Numbered from the stretch's first letter, positions 1 to 15,554 are shown. The stretch: DNA of 64,000 nt from Eledone cirrhosa (GCA_964016885.1 OZ024742.1:44206001-44270000), one strand, 5' to 3'. Numbers and translations are program-made. The notes: generated from the sequence alone by a model not told the origin.

Positions 1-2174
1 GCAAAGTATGACAATTGTGATGTTGATGATGATGATATCCAATAGATTTAAGAGAAATAAAACCCATGATGATGGTAAGCCAATAAATTTGATCTGGCAA
101 TAGCCCAAGCTATTTCTAAATTTTCATTACTGTATTGCATAGTTCAATACATTGTATAGTTGGCACTTATGTTACAGGTAGTACTAATTGAGATCTCTCA
201 GATAAACTAAGCCATATGGAGTTAGGTAGGTTAGGGTGGAGTTTTTTTTTTTTAATTATCTTAACCAAAGAGGGGAGTGGCAAACTTCAAACCCTGCCCC
301 ACTGTTGAGATTGATGTGGTTTATGTTAAGTTTGTAATTTTACTGATTATTAAGTGCAATTTCAGCTTTGATCCAGCAGGTATATAATCAGGCTCTCCAG
401 CCAATAACTATAACATCCTTTTTTCTTCAAACATAGTGTATCTAGGACTACATTATCTAATGTGGCCTTCCCTTTTTTAAAGATAGCTGGATATGATTAT
501 TATTTCTAGCTGCTTCAGAGCCTGCACAGTCATCTGCAGGTTGCACTCTCTAGAATGTGGGAACATATGAAAGCAAGATGCAGGCCTTCAGCCTGTTTGA
601 GAGGTTAGTAGCTGAAGGAAAATATGTACAGAGAGGTGGAATGGCAGTTCAAGAATGTTGTAATTCTGGGAAGGAAGCGTGTGTAAACAGCTTCGTGTAA
701 GTTTTTAAAGGAAGTTGAGACACTATGGATAACATAGAAAATAGCTAATAAGGATTTCTAATCTAGGTACAAGTGTGGGAAGTTGATATCGATTATACCA
801 ACTCCAGTATGTGATTAGTATTTTATTTTAACAACACCGGAAGTATGACAGGCAAAATTTACTTTGGTGGAATTTGAATTCAGTTACATAAAGTTCCATA
901 ACTGAATGCTGTAAAGTATTTTGTATGACACTCTAAGGATTCTGCTCATCCACTGCCCTTCAAAAATAGCAAATATAATTATTGCCGAATCTCTTTATCA
1001 AAATCTATTTATGTGGTAGAAATCCTAAAATAAAAAATTTTGTTAAAACAAAGCGCTTGGGTAGATGTGAAAATGCACAGTTGGGTATTTTTGACAGTGA
1101 AGAAAATATCTGTAGATAAATGGATATTGTCTAGAAAGTATGTGTTTTTCTATAGCAGATGAGTCATCTAAAATATGAGAGCATCTTGTTGTTTGGTACT
1201 CCATCACAGAAGCTGCCTGCATGAAGCATTCAAGTAATATTTCTAGCCATGATCCTCATCCCACCTCTGTTGCCACAAGAGTTGTTTTTTTTTTAACACT
1301 GATAAAACCAATGTATGTTAGATATTCTTTTATTCTTTTTTATTTTTATTTAGACTCACCAAGTACACAAAAACCCACTCTATACTCTCATATATATATA
1401 TATATATATATATCATCATCACTGTTTAATATCCATTTTCCCATGCTAGCATAGGTTCGACGAGTTGTCCTATGGTGAGACAAGCATGACTATGTCTTGC
1501 TCATACAGAACTGGTCTTGGTTTGGTTTTTACAGCTAGATGCCTTTCCTAATGCTAACCACATTTACAGTCTGGACTCAGCTTTTTTTGTTGTGGCACCA
1601 AAATGACTACTTTACAGTGTGGACTGGGGGCTGGTGTGAGGATTGGAGATCTAGGGTGGGGTACATATCTGGTGAAGGGTGGTGTGTTAGGATGTGAGGT
1701 GTGTGTGTGTGTGTATATATATGTATTTATATATGTATATCTATATAATCATCATCATCAATTTTTTTCCTGATGGCAAGGGTTATACACACAATGGGCT
1801 CTTGCAGAATTTACATATTTCAAATATCACTGATAAGGCATGGGTTAGTCCGAAGCTATAGTAGGAGACATTTACTCAGAATGCCATACTGACATCAATT
1901 TGGCTTTTCATCCTGTTGCAGTCCATAAAGTACCAGTCTAGATTGAGGAGAATTGTTGCAACATAGGACATGATACCTAGTAGTATTTCGTTTCTCCCTG
2001 CTGTGTTGACTTTGCCTTTCCCTTGGAAAACATGGGTTGCATGAAGAGTAGGGATTTGCATGTATGTGAGACTAATGTTCTTTCTAAAATTTAAGATATA
2101 TCTTAAGTCTGTGCCTTGGAGAAGAACATTCCAGTTGCAGATCCATGGTCTCAAGAGACACACAGAGGCTCCAT

Positions 2175-2682
2175 AATGGTGTTAAATATGCTGGTGTATT
2201 CATATATGCTGTGGTATGTCTTGTCTAAGGTTTATCTTTTCAACATTAATACTAATGGTGTTAAATATGTTGATGTATTCATAAAAAAAGCAGAGTAGTC
2301 TGTCTTGTCTATGGTTTAATTAACTTTCATACCACTAATGATGTCAGATATGTGGCATACATAATTTGAAGTAGAGTGGTGTGTCTTGCTTAAGATTTAA
2401 CAGTTCAGTTATCATAAGCGTTGATGGTGGTTGATATATTCATATAGTGGTATCATGTCTGTGATTCAACACTTTATTATGCTACAAATGATGTTACATA
2501 TGTTAATGTATTCATATAGAGTGGTATGTTTTGTCTAAGGTTCAATACTATAGCTATTATGATATTAATGGTGCTAGAAATGTTAATGTATTCATATAGA
2601 GTAGTGTACTGTGTCTTGTCTAAGATGCCTACTTTAGTTCTTGTAACACCACTGGTGTTAGATATGCTAATATATTCACATG
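2175..2682. repeat. Degenerate minisatellite, about 7 units of about 65-85 bp
   Basis: Recurring TAATGGTGTTA.ATATG.T.ATGTATTCATA...TGTCTTGTCTAAG motif near 2175, 2253, 2336, 2487, 2567 and 2652. Confidence 0.75.
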
Positions 2683-2935
2683 AAAATAATGAAAGAAAAA
2701 AAACAAAAAAAAAAAACAATGTGACTTCCTGTTTGACTTAAGAGATTTTCAGGCAACCAAGTATAATATAACAGCAGGGATATTGAAAAATAGAGCCAAT
2801 CTACCTGTTAGTTGGATTTGAATGTCCTGAATGTTGAAAGGTTCAAGATACACAGTGGTTATTGGGTGTTTGGGGTGTTACATAGAGCAAATTAGGCTGA
2901 GTAGAATGTTACCAAAAAAATGATATCCATATGAG

Positions 2936-3204
2936 CAGAGGCATAACTAGGGTATAGCAAGCATGGCATTTGCCATAGGTACTACTTGGACATCGAACAC
3001 TTTCTATTAAAGTTGGATTATCTATCGTCAGAGAGTGAAAAAAAGAAACTTCTTTTGCTATATAATCTGTCTTCGATTATCAATGGTGAGAAGCACTGTG
3101 AGGGTTGGATCATTAGACCATGTATATAAATTATTAGGCCCATTGGGGAGGGGTGCAATTTCACTGCTTGCCATAGGCGCTTTTTTTTCCTAGTTACACC
3201 TCTG
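2936..3204. mobile_element. hAT-type MITE
   Basis: 16-bp TIRs CAGAGGCATAACTAGG / CCTAGTTACACCTCTG (14/16 match); perfect 8-bp TSD CATATGAG at 2928-2935 and 3205-3212. Confidence 0.9.
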
Positions 3205-4689
3205 CATATGAGAAATATGGATGTTTCAGTCAGTAGATTGTATGACTTTTTCGTGGACTACTATTTTCCTCTGACAAATCAAGATGATGGCATAACATCT
3301 GAAGAAGGAGCTCTTGTGAGATGGAATTGATGATGCAGTGAGTATCGCTGGTAGCTGGTTCTCCATGGCAATACTTTCACTGTCTTGTTGACAAGATACA
3401 GCTGAGATATATCCAGCCAAGGCTGTAGAGTTTGCACTCTCTCTCTCTTTTTTTTTTTTGCATTTTGTCATTATGATATTGTAAAGGCATTTTGAAAATT
3501 TGAAATTAATTAGTTCCTAAAAAAAGTTGTCAAAGTTGCAATAGCCAATGTCAACACTTCAGAGTGGAGTGCTTCAAAGATCTGTTTTGGAACCATACTG
3601 TTTCAGATACAGGTTTATTAAAGTAGTCAACTTCATTAGCTATGCCAATAGGAAAATATCAAAGGCCATTAACCCTTCTGTTACCAAACTATCTCTGATT
3701 CTATGATTAAAGTGTTTAAATTTATCTTAAAATATTTCATCATAATTTTTTGTAACATCCTTTAAGCTATGTTCGAAACACCAGTTTAATAACAAGAAAA
3801 TTAGTTATTTCACTAAATAAAGTAATACAACTTTTTTTTATTACTTACAAAATTATTTGAAAATCATAGTGTCTTTTTTTAAATAAAAAGTGTTAAAAGT
3901 TCTGATGATGTCACAAACCTACGGCAGGGCCTTAGTGCGATGTACAGGTCTTGCCTTACTTGACACACACCATGTATTTGTCTGGGAAATTTTGTGGAAA
4001 AATACAAAACTGGTTTCCTCACCATTTTTACTTTTATTTCACCATGCCTTCATGGGTGTTCAGGTTTTCTCCGGCAGCATTTATTGTCTCTCATGTTGCT
4101 TTGTTATAATCTTTGAGATGTTCAGTATCCTGAGATCAGTCTTCCCCAGTTTGTCCCATGTTTTCCTGGGTCTTCCTCTTCCACAGGCTCCATTCACTTC
4201 ATATATACTACTGTTATTCTTCATAAGCCCACATCAGTGCAGTTGTTTCTCTTGCATATTGTGTCAGATTCCTCTTATAATATAATTTATATACAGTTTT
4301 TCTTTAAGCTCATTTATGCTCATCATTTATTTATATATATTTATTTAAAAAGTGACTTTCACAGGACTAGTTTTGGACAGCTAAGAATTCATCAATAATT
4401 CTATGAAAATTTCTTATCACTTTTTAAGAGATAAATTCCTGGTACTACAATGAAACGTACCTAGTACATTCTATAAAATGGTTGGTGATAAGAACCACAT
4501 CCAACTGTAGAAACCATACAAAAAGCAAGATGTGGCTCCTGAGTGGAAACAATAACTCTGATTAAGTCTGATTTGGTCTGTATTGACCCATACCAGCATA
4601 CATACTCATAAACATACATACACAAATATTTACATACGTATATACATATATGTATATATGTGTGTGTGTACACACACACATCATTGTTT

Positions 4690-5410
4690 TTATGATTTTT
4701 TTCGCACACTTGATGGGTTGGATTGGTCCTTTCAGCATGACATCTCTCCACTCATCGTTTTCCTTTGTCATCTCTGTGAGTCTCAGTAATTTGAGGTCTG
4801 CTCTTACAACCTCTGCCTAGGTCTTTCTTGCTCCACCTCTACTGTGGCTTCTTTCCATTGGGATTTCCTAACATTTCTTCACGCAGCTGTCATTGTCCAT
4901 ACTCATCACATGTCGAAACCAACACAGTCTTCTCTCCTGCACACCACCTTGGATTCCTCTTAACCCTTTAGCATTTAAACCGGCCGTATCTGGCCAGAAC
5001 TCTCTCATTTCTTTCTGTTTTAACCGGTTGTAACCGGCCGCTCATACCTACATTAAGGTATTGTTCTCAAAATAAATAACATCAAAATCTCATAGATTCA
5101 ATATTATGTGAGATAAAGCCTTTACTGTGAAAATACAATAGCGTATATAGAGTAATATAAATGCTAAAGGCTTAAACCTAACTTCTCTCAGCTCATCCAA
5201 ACTCTGCCTTTCTCTCACACTTACATTGCATATCCAATGAAGTATGGTTGCTTCATTTCTCTCCAGTCTATGCATGTCATGTCCTCTGTAGTCATAGCCC
5301 ATGCAACATCACATTCCGCACACAGGCGTCATACAGTTGTCCTTTTGTATGTAGGGCAAAACCTTTTGTGGTCAACAGTGGGGGTAGCTCTTTAAACTTT
5401 TTCCATATAT
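4690..5410 (-). mobile_element. Old 3' fragment of RTE LINE, interrupted by a TTAA MITE
   Basis: Translation RLERNEATILHWICNVSVRERQSLDELRE is homologous to the C-terminus of the RTE ORF at 44770-46479. Confidence 0.8.
4964..5171. mobile_element. piggyBac-like (TTAA) MITE
   Basis: TTAA-CCCTTTAGCATTTA ... TAAATGCTAAAGGC-TTAA; splits the RTE fragment; sister copy at 12375-12575. Confidence 0.85.
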
Positions 5411-6792
5411 TATTTAAAAAAAAATATTAAAAGAATATATATATATATCCCTTAGGTAAAAAACATATTATTAAACTTAAGCCTTATGATACCAAACCAC
5501 TTGAAATTGCCCCTGGTTCTATTATACATAACTGCTCATTTTAAAATGTTTAATCCTTATATTAAAACCTTCCAACATAAATTTATTTTAGAAATTCTGA
5601 AAAAATATTCTACACTTCAGCTTATGAATGAAAAACTTAGTAATTTTATTATATTGTGCCAAATATCTAGTTATTTTCAAAAACAAAAGAAACACATAGG
5701 CAGTGTATTTCACTAGATATACAGTAATGAAAGGGTTACCAAACTGTTTGAAACTGCCCTAGTTCTATGGTACAAAACTTTATTTTAAAAATTTTTGGGT
5801 TTTTTTTCTTAGACCCATAACTCCAGCTCATCCCTCTCCTGCTCTTAACACAGCAAATTTCTTCGAGAGAAAGTGAGAAAGAGGTATAGAGGTAGAATCA
5901 ATCTCAATACTGGACTGGTACCTTTTTTTTTTTTTATTGATCTCAAAAGAATGAAAACAAGAATGATCCTGGCGAGATTTTAACTCAGAGCACAGGAAAC
6001 TGGAACAAATACAACAAAGTACTATCTACTCTGTCAATTCACCACCTACTTTAAAATGTTTATATTTACCTAAACATAGTTTTACATAAGAACATTTAAG
6101 TTGTGTTCCAAACACCAAGTTAATAATGAGAAAGTTATTTCTATTACTAAATCCCTCCAAATTCATGATTATTTTCGTAATTATTTGAAAATAATCCTTT
6201 TCTTAGAACTATAGTAATAAAAGGTTAGGTTATATCTATTTCACCGAAAAGAAATACTATACTCTGTAAAATACTAAGTTATGAAGTAAGTGGAGTGTCT
6301 TGGGAGTGGTAGGAAGTGTTGATTATTGTAAAACTATTTGTCACAATGATATTAAGTGAACTATCCTACCTCTACTGACATCCTAAAAGGTATGAACTCA
6401 TATCTGTAGGTGTAAAAAAACAACAACAAAAAATAAGCTATGTGGGTAATTACCTTAATATTTAGTCATTCCTTTGTTGTAATTAGCATGAGCATATCAC
6501 TGAAAAGTAGGCCTTTGGGTTGGTTTGTACCACACTTCCAGAAGTTGTTAGTAAATGTTTCCAAGCCTCTCTTTAACCTTTTAATTATCAACTTTCTATG
6601 AAAGACACTGCTTATGGTTTTCAAATAATTCATAAATGAACATAACTAATTTTTTTGTTATTTATATGGTGTTTGGAACATTACTTAACAAAGGTTCTTA
6701 CATACAATTATGTAGAAAGGATTTTATTTAAATATAAACACTTTAAAAAAAAGTTTGTATCATAGAATCAGCTGCAATGTCAGTCAGTTTAA

Positions 6793-7015
6793 CCCTTTCA
6801 TTATTGCCTGTGGTTCACCTAACTTAAAAAATAACCAAATATTTGGCAGAATTTGATAGAATAACTTTTTCATTGGTAAGCTGATATTTAGAACATTACT
6901 GATGAAAAATGTCGAAAATAAAATTATGATGAAAGGTTTTGATATAAGGATAAGCATTTTAAAACTAGCCATTTTGTATTTCAGACAGGTTTCGGGTGGT
7001 TTTGTATTAAAAGGG
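6793..7015. mobile_element. Older TTAA-flanked MITE family (more decayed copies near 3670, 5490, 9000, 11150, 12600, 16000 and 40790)
   Basis: TTAA-CCCTTT ... AAAGGG-TTAA ends and a shared AT-rich interior. Confidence 0.6.
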
Positions 7016-7294
7016 TTAATTGTTGTTTCCAACTTGTATAACTAGCCTTTACATGGTTGCTTGACCAGCTAAAAATATCTAAATCGTCCTCAAACACACT
7101 TTATTTTCTTACATAAAGAAAGGCCATATTTAATAACAGTCCAAGACATACCCATAAAAAGACAGGATGCTTACAGTTGGAATGCTTTTGATATGGATGA
7201 TTTGGGTCTGCTCATTCAGGGCTGACCTGGAGCTAAACTATAACAGCAGCAGCTTCTTCTAGAATGTTTTATTTCTATCTTTAAGAAATGATAG

Positions 7295-7642
7295 TTACCT
7301 CTTACCAAAATACACCCCCGTCCCACTACCCCCACCCCATCCACACTACCCCTCTCGATGTAAAGTTATGTTGGTACCACAACATCCAGTCCTAAATAAA
7401 TGAGGTTGTGTAGGTGTCACAACAAAAAAACAGTCCACGCTGTAATGTGGTTGTGTAGGTAACACGGTAAAAAGCTCCCAGTCCACACTGTAAACGTGGT
7501 TGGTGTTAGGAAGGGCATCCAGCCGTAGAAAACTCGCCAGACAGTCCTGTACGAGCAAGACAACCAATCTTGCCTCAAGTGGGAAAATTCCCGTCCAAAC
7601 CCATGCTAGCGTGGAGGATGGACGTTAAACGATGATGATGAT
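7295..7642 (+). mobile_element. RTE 3'UTR-only fragment ending in (GAT)n
   Basis: Similar to 36847-37240 and 57398-57606; TGGTGTTAGGAAGGGCATCCAGC core; GATGATGAT tail. Confidence 0.8.
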
Positions 7643-7977
7643 CTCAATATATTTACTCATTTGTTACCATATTTCCAATGAAAGAATCTGGAAAGATTTA
7701 GTAAAATAACAAACTTTCTCATGATTTATCTGGTGTTTGGAATATAACCTGCATTAATTAATTTACCATGATTTATTTAGTTGATATGTCTTAGTTGTAA
7801 TGACTTGCTTTACATTCTGTTGTAAAGAAAATCCTTAAAGTCATGTTTTATATACAATATTTATTAGTATCTGGCATAGCCTGGATGCCAGATATTTGTA
7901 TGATATTAGTGGCTTTATATGATAGCAATTTTGGAGGTTGTACACTAATCTGCATTCATTTACCATCATCATTATTC

Positions 7978-8444
7978 CTACTAGCAGAAAAACCACTCTT
8001 CGGGTGTAGTGAGTATATTGATATTATACGCGAGTATATATGCATATAGATATAATACATCAAATAAAATCGTAATTGACAATATACACAGAAATTGAAC
8101 GAAGACTGTGTTACACTGTCTTATGTAATCAGTAACGTAATCCATGATACATTAAAAAAAGACGATATAAACTGCATTAGGAGAAAATTAGTGACGGAAA
8201 TATATGAATGTTTATTTAAGCAATCGCTAACCGGAAGTGTCGACATTTGAAAATTTTAAAGAAGTGAATCTTAAAATAAGCAACAGAATTATTTATATTT
8301 AATCAAAAATAACGAAATTTAGTAGATAAATTATGTAATATTCATTCATTATTTATTCAAAGTAATCCAACTTATTTTACAAACGTGATAAAAAAATATA
8401 TTCTGGATGTAGTCCCGCACTTCTTACCTTGTTATAGTTTAGAT
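7978..8444 (+). repeat. Copy 1 of an inverted duplicated, promoter-like segment
   Basis: Reverse-complement match to 26126-26820; contains ACCGGAAGTG (ETS-type) at 8230 and GTAGTCCC at 8409. Confidence 0.7.
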
Positions 8445-11400
8445 GTCCTCCACATTTCAATGCTGGCATGGCTTGAGTGAGACTTTTTGAGGCAATTAGA
8501 TGCTCTTCCTGTTACCAAGCAATAATTTTATACTAAGTATGGTATATGGTGACTATTTCCATTGAACTGCTAAGCTGCAGGAGCGAAACAGATGTCACCA
8601 CTTGCTTTAAAGAGCATTGATATGAGAATGTATGGTAATACACACATGTTGGGTTCCTTCAGTTCCCACCTACTAAATTCTCACACATGGGATTGGTCAG
8701 CCTGAGGTTTTAGTAGAAGCTAAATTTGTCTATTTTATAGTGCAGATGCATTTTACAGTAGTGAGTTGTTCTTACTCTGTAGCACACTGAGGGATTGAAC
8801 CTCAAACTCTGTTATAACACAGTAAATTTCTTAGCCACCCAGCCTTGCCTGCAACTATCAATGAGTCAAACAAACCTGCAATAATATCATGTTGCCTATG
8901 ATTGTGGGAAGTGCACTTCAGTAGTTAAAATTTGCTGCATACAGTTGATAGCAAAGTGGGATGGACTACCTTGCTATAATTTAAACAATTTGGTATTAAA
9001 CTGCTTCTGGTTCTCTTATACAAGATTGTTTATTTTAAAATGTTTATATTTATCTAAAAACCTTCATCATAATTCTATGTAAGAAATTATATTTCAAACA
9101 CCAACTTAAGTTATTTTACTAAATCCCTTCAAATTCTTGAATATTTTCAAAATTATTTGAAAATCATAGTCAGTAGTAGATTTTTAGATAAATATAAACA
9201 TTTTAAAACTATAGTTTTGTAATGGAGAACCAGAGGTAGTTTCAAGTGGCTTGGTATCAAAATAACTAATGAAGTATTTGGATGAATTTATTAAAATTAT
9301 TAATTTTTTCATTATTAAGATGGTATCTGTAACAACAATTAGTTCTTATATAAAATTCTGTTGGAATATTTTAACTTAAATAAGAACTCTGTGATTTGGG
9401 TGCCTAGAAACAGAAGTGGGCAAGTAGATGTTAAAAGGGTTAAAAAAAAAGAGGGATAAATTTGATTATATAGTCTTGAGTACATGGACTAAATAAAAGA
9501 TAAAATATTCACTGCTGTTCACCTCTGGTCATAAATCTGCTCATAAGGGCTGACCTGGGATTAAACAACTATAACAAAATCTGGTAATCAAAATCAAATG
9601 AAGACAGTATTGGACTAGAGAAGACTCTCCAGTCTAGCCTAGCATATGATAACCTCTCTAGTGTTGTATCAAAATAAAATGCACCCAGTATATCTTGTAA
9701 AGTGGTAGTGGTAGTGCCATGAAAAATGCACCCAGCAGACCATATAAGGCAGTTGTAGAAACCATATCATGGAATGTAATTACCAAAATTGGTTGCTCTG
9801 ACCCATCTGGTCTCAGACTGTGATTATTCTTGGTTATTTAAAAAATTAATTAAAACATGTGGACAATGTATTTTATTAGAAATATGGTTACAAAAGAGTT
9901 GACAATTTATTCATATTCTGAACTTGGAAAGTCATTTGAGCATTAGATTAAGTAACTTATGTCAATTGTTCTGACTTTCTGTAATCTGAAGTCTAAATCC
10001 TGCCAAGATCTACTTTGCCTTTCATCCCTTCAGGATCAAAAGTACCAGTTTAGAGCAGTGGATTGGTGGAATTGTTAAAACATTGAATAGGATGTTGTGT
10101 GGTATCCACTTCAGCTCTGTTTCCTGAGTTCCAATCCTGCATCGTGACTGGTATAATGACATGATAGAACCGAGGCAGGCTATCATTAAAACACTCCAAA
10201 AAACTGAGATGCAACCTCATAAGAGGACAATTAAACTTATGTATGTGTGAGCAGCAAAAACAACAAGTATTTTTCACTTCACCAATCTATTTAAAATGTT
10301 CAATGCCTAATTGTAGAAAATACAAATAAATAAACTTTGTTAAACAACATGAAAGAAACAGTGAAGCAGTGGAATGCCTAGAAGGAATTATCAGACATTG
10401 TGCCAGGAATGTAGCACAGGCAAATCTGAAGACCCACACTTTGGTGACATGTCTGCTGTACCAATAATAACAAATAATAATAATAATAATAATAAACAAT
10501 AGAGAGACTAAACATTCTCCAGAATAGCAAAGGTTACTCAACTATTAACCTCATCATTGTTGTTGTTATTTGAGGAGGTTAATAGCCCAAAATAACCTTT
10601 ACTATTCAATGAAATGAAATACTTCATCACAAAAATAAAGTAATACAGAGAACAATGATAAATGATAAAAAGACACTTGTAAAAAAGAAAAAAAAAAACA
10701 AAAAACATTTCAACAATAACACCAACACTAATAGTACTAAAATAACCAAATTCTCATGGCTTACATAAAAAGTTTACCAGTCACAAGACACATTGGTAAA
10801 AATTTGCATGAGTAGATAGATGACACTTTTATATACATCTCCCAAGACAAGAGTACTAGTATGAACATTCAATTACAAATAGACAAATAGCATGGTAGAC
10901 TAAAAGACACTTATCAGGGCTGTAATGCTAAAAAATTTCTTTTTAATGATTATAATATTTAAAGAATGTAGGTAAGAATTACAGAAGTGTTCTAATAAAT
11001 TTAGAATCCTCAACTCAAATAAAGCACAAGGCTCATGAGCTGGTAACCGAATATTTTATTTACTGAATATTTTTTCCTCCACATTCCCATATTTTTATAA
11101 CAGCAGAGGACATGTTAAGGGAGATGTAGTTCCTACATTGAGTGGATTAACTCTTTCATTACCATATTTCCAATAAAAGATACTGCTTATGATTTTCAAA
11201 TAAAGTTTGAAAATAAACAGGAATTTGGGAAGATTTCGTAATATAATTTCTTCATTATTCGTCTGATGTATGGAGCATAGCTTAAAAAGGGTTCTTATAT
11301 AAAATTAAGATGGAAGGTTTTTAGATAAATGTGAACACTTTAAAATAGACAGCTGTGTATCGTAGAACCAGGAGCAGTTTCAGGCAGTTTAGTACCAAAA

Positions 11401-11905
11401 GAGTTAACCTCCAGCATCCCCACAAAACATACACACATCAAACATCCACATATCCCCTCACACAAAGTTATAAAATATATTGCAGTATTTATTCTAGTTC
11501 CCTGTGCTCCAAGCTCAAATCCTTGTATCGTTGACGACTTGGTCTTTATATTTGTGTTTTGTTTGTACCAGATTCCAGATAGAAACACCTGTTAATTTGC
11601 TTCCAAACTTTACTATAATTATAATAGTGTTTAATCTATATAATAATCATGAAAATTTTTCTTGAAACAGTGTTGCTATTTCTTGACAAATCTTTATGAA
11701 ATTTGCCACAGAGATCCAGATTTATTCCAGAATAATCTATGAAAATAAAATAAAATATAATTCCAAGAAGATGGAGAAAGACTGAAAGTTTTAGTGGACT
11801 GAAAGTAAGACAATTGAGTAAAATATTGATTCTAAAATGGAACCATTTTTCTCCTACTTCTCTTTAATATCTTTCTTTCTTGTCTCTGGCTCTTTCTCTC
11901 TCTTT

Positions 11906-12068
<163 letters not shown>

Positions 12069-12374
12069 TACATATATGATTTACCACAAAGTACCCCTTT
12101 AGCTATGGGAACCTGATTAAATACCACCACCACATATAACCTCATAAAATATATTCCCACACATGTACCCAGAAAAAATAATTTTCACTTATATAATCAG
12201 TTAAGGTAAATTCCATCATCTGATAACATAAATAAACTTTTTACTTGAGTTTACTGATAATTTTCACAATGATCTGTCCACTAGTAAAGATACTAAAAAT
12301 ATTTGAATTAACAAGTTTAATTTTAGAGATTTTCTACTAAATCATCACAGGATGTTAAGAGTTTACTCTTTTAA

Positions 12375-12575
12375 CCCTTTAGCAGTTAAACCGGCCATAT
12401 CCGGCCAGAATTCTCTAACCTATTTCTGTTCAAACCAGCTGTTACCGGCTGCTCACACCTACATTAAGGTATTGTTTTCAAAATAAATATCAAAATTTTG
12501 TAGAATCGATATTATATAAGATAACTTTATGTGAAAATGCAATAATAAATATAGAATAATGTAAATGCTAAAGGG
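12375..12575. mobile_element. piggyBac-like (TTAA) MITE
   Basis: TTAA-CCCTTTAGCAGTTA ... TAAATGCTAAAGGG-TTAA; similar to 4964-5171. Confidence 0.85.
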
Positions 12576-15554
12576 TTAATACCAAACTGCCCATGATTCT
12601 ACGATACAAAGTTTTTTATATCATATTTATCTAAAAGTCTTCCATTGTAATTTTATGTAAGAACTTTTGTTATGAGAAAATTAGTTATATTACTAAATCC
12701 CTTCAAATTATTGATTATCTAAAAAAAAATTTGGAAACCATAGACAGTGTCTTTCATAAGAAATTTGGAAATGAAAGGGTTAATGTTTTTTCATTATATT
12801 ATCTATTTGTCCATATGTTCAGTTTTTTCAATACACACATCATCATCATTTAATGGATGTTAAATGATGATGATGACTTCCCTTTTCTCCTATTCCCATT
12901 GAACACATCTCTAATGGAACATTTTTACAGCTCACTCCTATGCAGATTTAGCTGACGACCTACAAAGTTGCATCTCACAAAAAAGTTTCTTGGGTATTTT
13001 AATATGTTTGCTAGTCCTATTACGAAAAGCAACATAAACTGAAGTGTTTTGCTCAAGAACACGTGCCATCCAGTTGAAGAATCAATCCTTTTACTGTATG
13101 ATTGTGAGACCAACATTCTAACCATTAGGCCAGGCACTTACACTATTGTCACTGAGTATGTTTAGTTTATCCTGTTTTATCTTGCATGCCATTTTCAGCA
13201 TACTGAACTCTTTCATACAACATATTTGGCAATCTAACTTTTTTCCCTGATTATACCTCTGATCTAATATTACATTTAGCTGTTATTTTCACTCCTCTTT
13301 CCTCTTCCCTGCTCTACACCTTCTCTGTTTCCATTCACTGCCCACTCTACCACCCCATTTACTATCTAAGGAAGCTATTGTCTAAAGTTTGCTGTAGGCT
13401 GTCTGTCTTTAATCAATGCTTTGCTGTCTTCAAGCCCTTTAAAATAAATGCCCCCTTTACTTCTTTCCTGTCTATATATGTCTCCTTGTGAATCCTAGCA
13501 TTTAACAGACACTTCTTTTAGCTTTCATATCATTTTTTTTCTTTTCACTCTTTATTCCTGCCCACTCTCGTTATTAGTCCTATGGTGTGTGTGTGGATGG
13601 TGGTGGTGGTGATTGTGAATAGCCTTTTGAATAAACCTAAAATTAACTCCAATGTTAAAATACATACATACATATGTACTCTCTTACTTTCTGAAAATAA
13701 AGTAGCTCTCATGTTGAGACTGCATACCAAATCTGAAAGCTAGCCAACCAACCAAGTATGCTGTAACTGTAGAGTGTTAGTAAATAATAATAATAATAAT
13801 TATTATTATTATTACCACTGCCCCGTCATTAAAGCCAGATCCCCTGCAAATGTTTGTGCTACACTCCTGGACAGCTTCTAACTGTAATTAGGTTTCATGG
13901 GTAGACAAGCATTTTATTTATTGTCACATTATAAAGAAATGAGAGGTGTCATTTATCTCACTGGTTGTCCCTACTTTGCCTGAATGTTTCTTGGCCTTTG
14001 GATAATTTTATGAGGTCTGGCATGCAGTTTAATGAAATCTTTTCCTCATACTCTACTTAATAACTGCCATGATAAAATACTCCCAGCCAACACTCAAAAG
14101 TGGTAGTGTTAGTGACATGAAAAAAAGCACCCAGGCAACCCAGTCATGTGGTTGTACTGCCATGAGAAAATGAACCTGGTGCATGTATGAAGTGGCTGGC
14201 ATTTGGAAGAGCACCCAGCCATGGAAACCATGTCAAAATGGAATGTATCAGCAAGATACAGTCATCTAACCTGTGAAGCCTCAGTACATAACTTCCTGTC
14301 TAACCTATTGCAAGCAAAGAAAATAAATGTAATGCAGTGATGATGATGATGCAGTAAGATTTTGTGATTTTTATTTTTTTTATTTTTTATTTTTTTAATT
14401 TTTTTTTTACTGGAATAGGAAGAAGACATTGAATCATGACTGTCAACTGTAGAAGATAAATTCTAAAGTTAATACAAAGCAAGACATCTATAACAAGTAG
14501 GAATCTAGATGATTGAATTGGCATCAGTATATTACTGATACTTATGTTATTGGTTAATACTGTTCATAATTTCTGATTGTTTATTAACTTCTACCAAAAA
14601 TGGAACCTACGAGTGAGACAAGGTCTTCAAACATGGGAAACAGACATAAAATGATGATGATGATAATATCAATGTCATTTTCAATAACATATTCAGTTGT
14701 TCTCTAAAACTTAGCACTAGCTATTTTAATACCATACGGAAGTCATGTCCATCCTAAAAGACCTATTAGTGTATAGAGTGATATAACTTCTTGCTTCAGC
14801 ATGCATTTCTATCTGATATGTCTCCTTTTAGATCTAATCTAGCAAAATAATTGTTTCTACTTTTGGCACAAGGCCAGCAATTACCCAGTACATTACTGGT
14901 ACTTTATTTTATCGACCCCGTAAGGATGAAAGGCAAAGAATGCCAGAAAGACGTTGAAATACTAATTTAGTTTAAGGATTTTTATAAGAATCTAAACACA
15001 TTCTTTCATTGACACTTTTGTAGTGTCTAGATATTCTTAAATCACCTTCTGCCTTTTACTCAATATTTAAAGGAAATGCTCATTTACCCCCTCCCTGAGA
15101 AATCTTTTCTAAAGGTTTTTCATTAATTAGTTTCCTCTGCTTCATTATGATTAATGGTTTAATGTGTATTGGCATTGGTTTTGCCTTAAGATAATTTAGC
15201 TTGAGATTTCCTTTGAGTAGAATGTTAGCTTTAAAACCTCTTAATCTCTCAATTATTCTGGAACTTCAATCTTATGAATTAATGTTGAACTATCAAAATT
15301 CATCACTCAAAGCGAACAAGTCACATTTTTTTTTACATTCAGCAACAATGATGTTTGTGCTCTTATCAGTTTCCATAAAAGCATTAAACTTCCCCCCCAA
15401 ATTTCAATGAGTGAGTTATCAAATTGTTATAGTTTGAGATCACACTTTCTTAAATCTTTGTTACTGTATTTCTAATGAACTACACTGACTCTGTTTCAAT
15501 TTATTTTGAAAATAATTAAAAATTCAGAGGAATTTAATTCAAATAACTTTTTCA

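Noticed and set aside
2175-2682. CRISPR-like array
   Set aside because: Eukaryotic context, degenerate repeats, related linkers and no cas genes.
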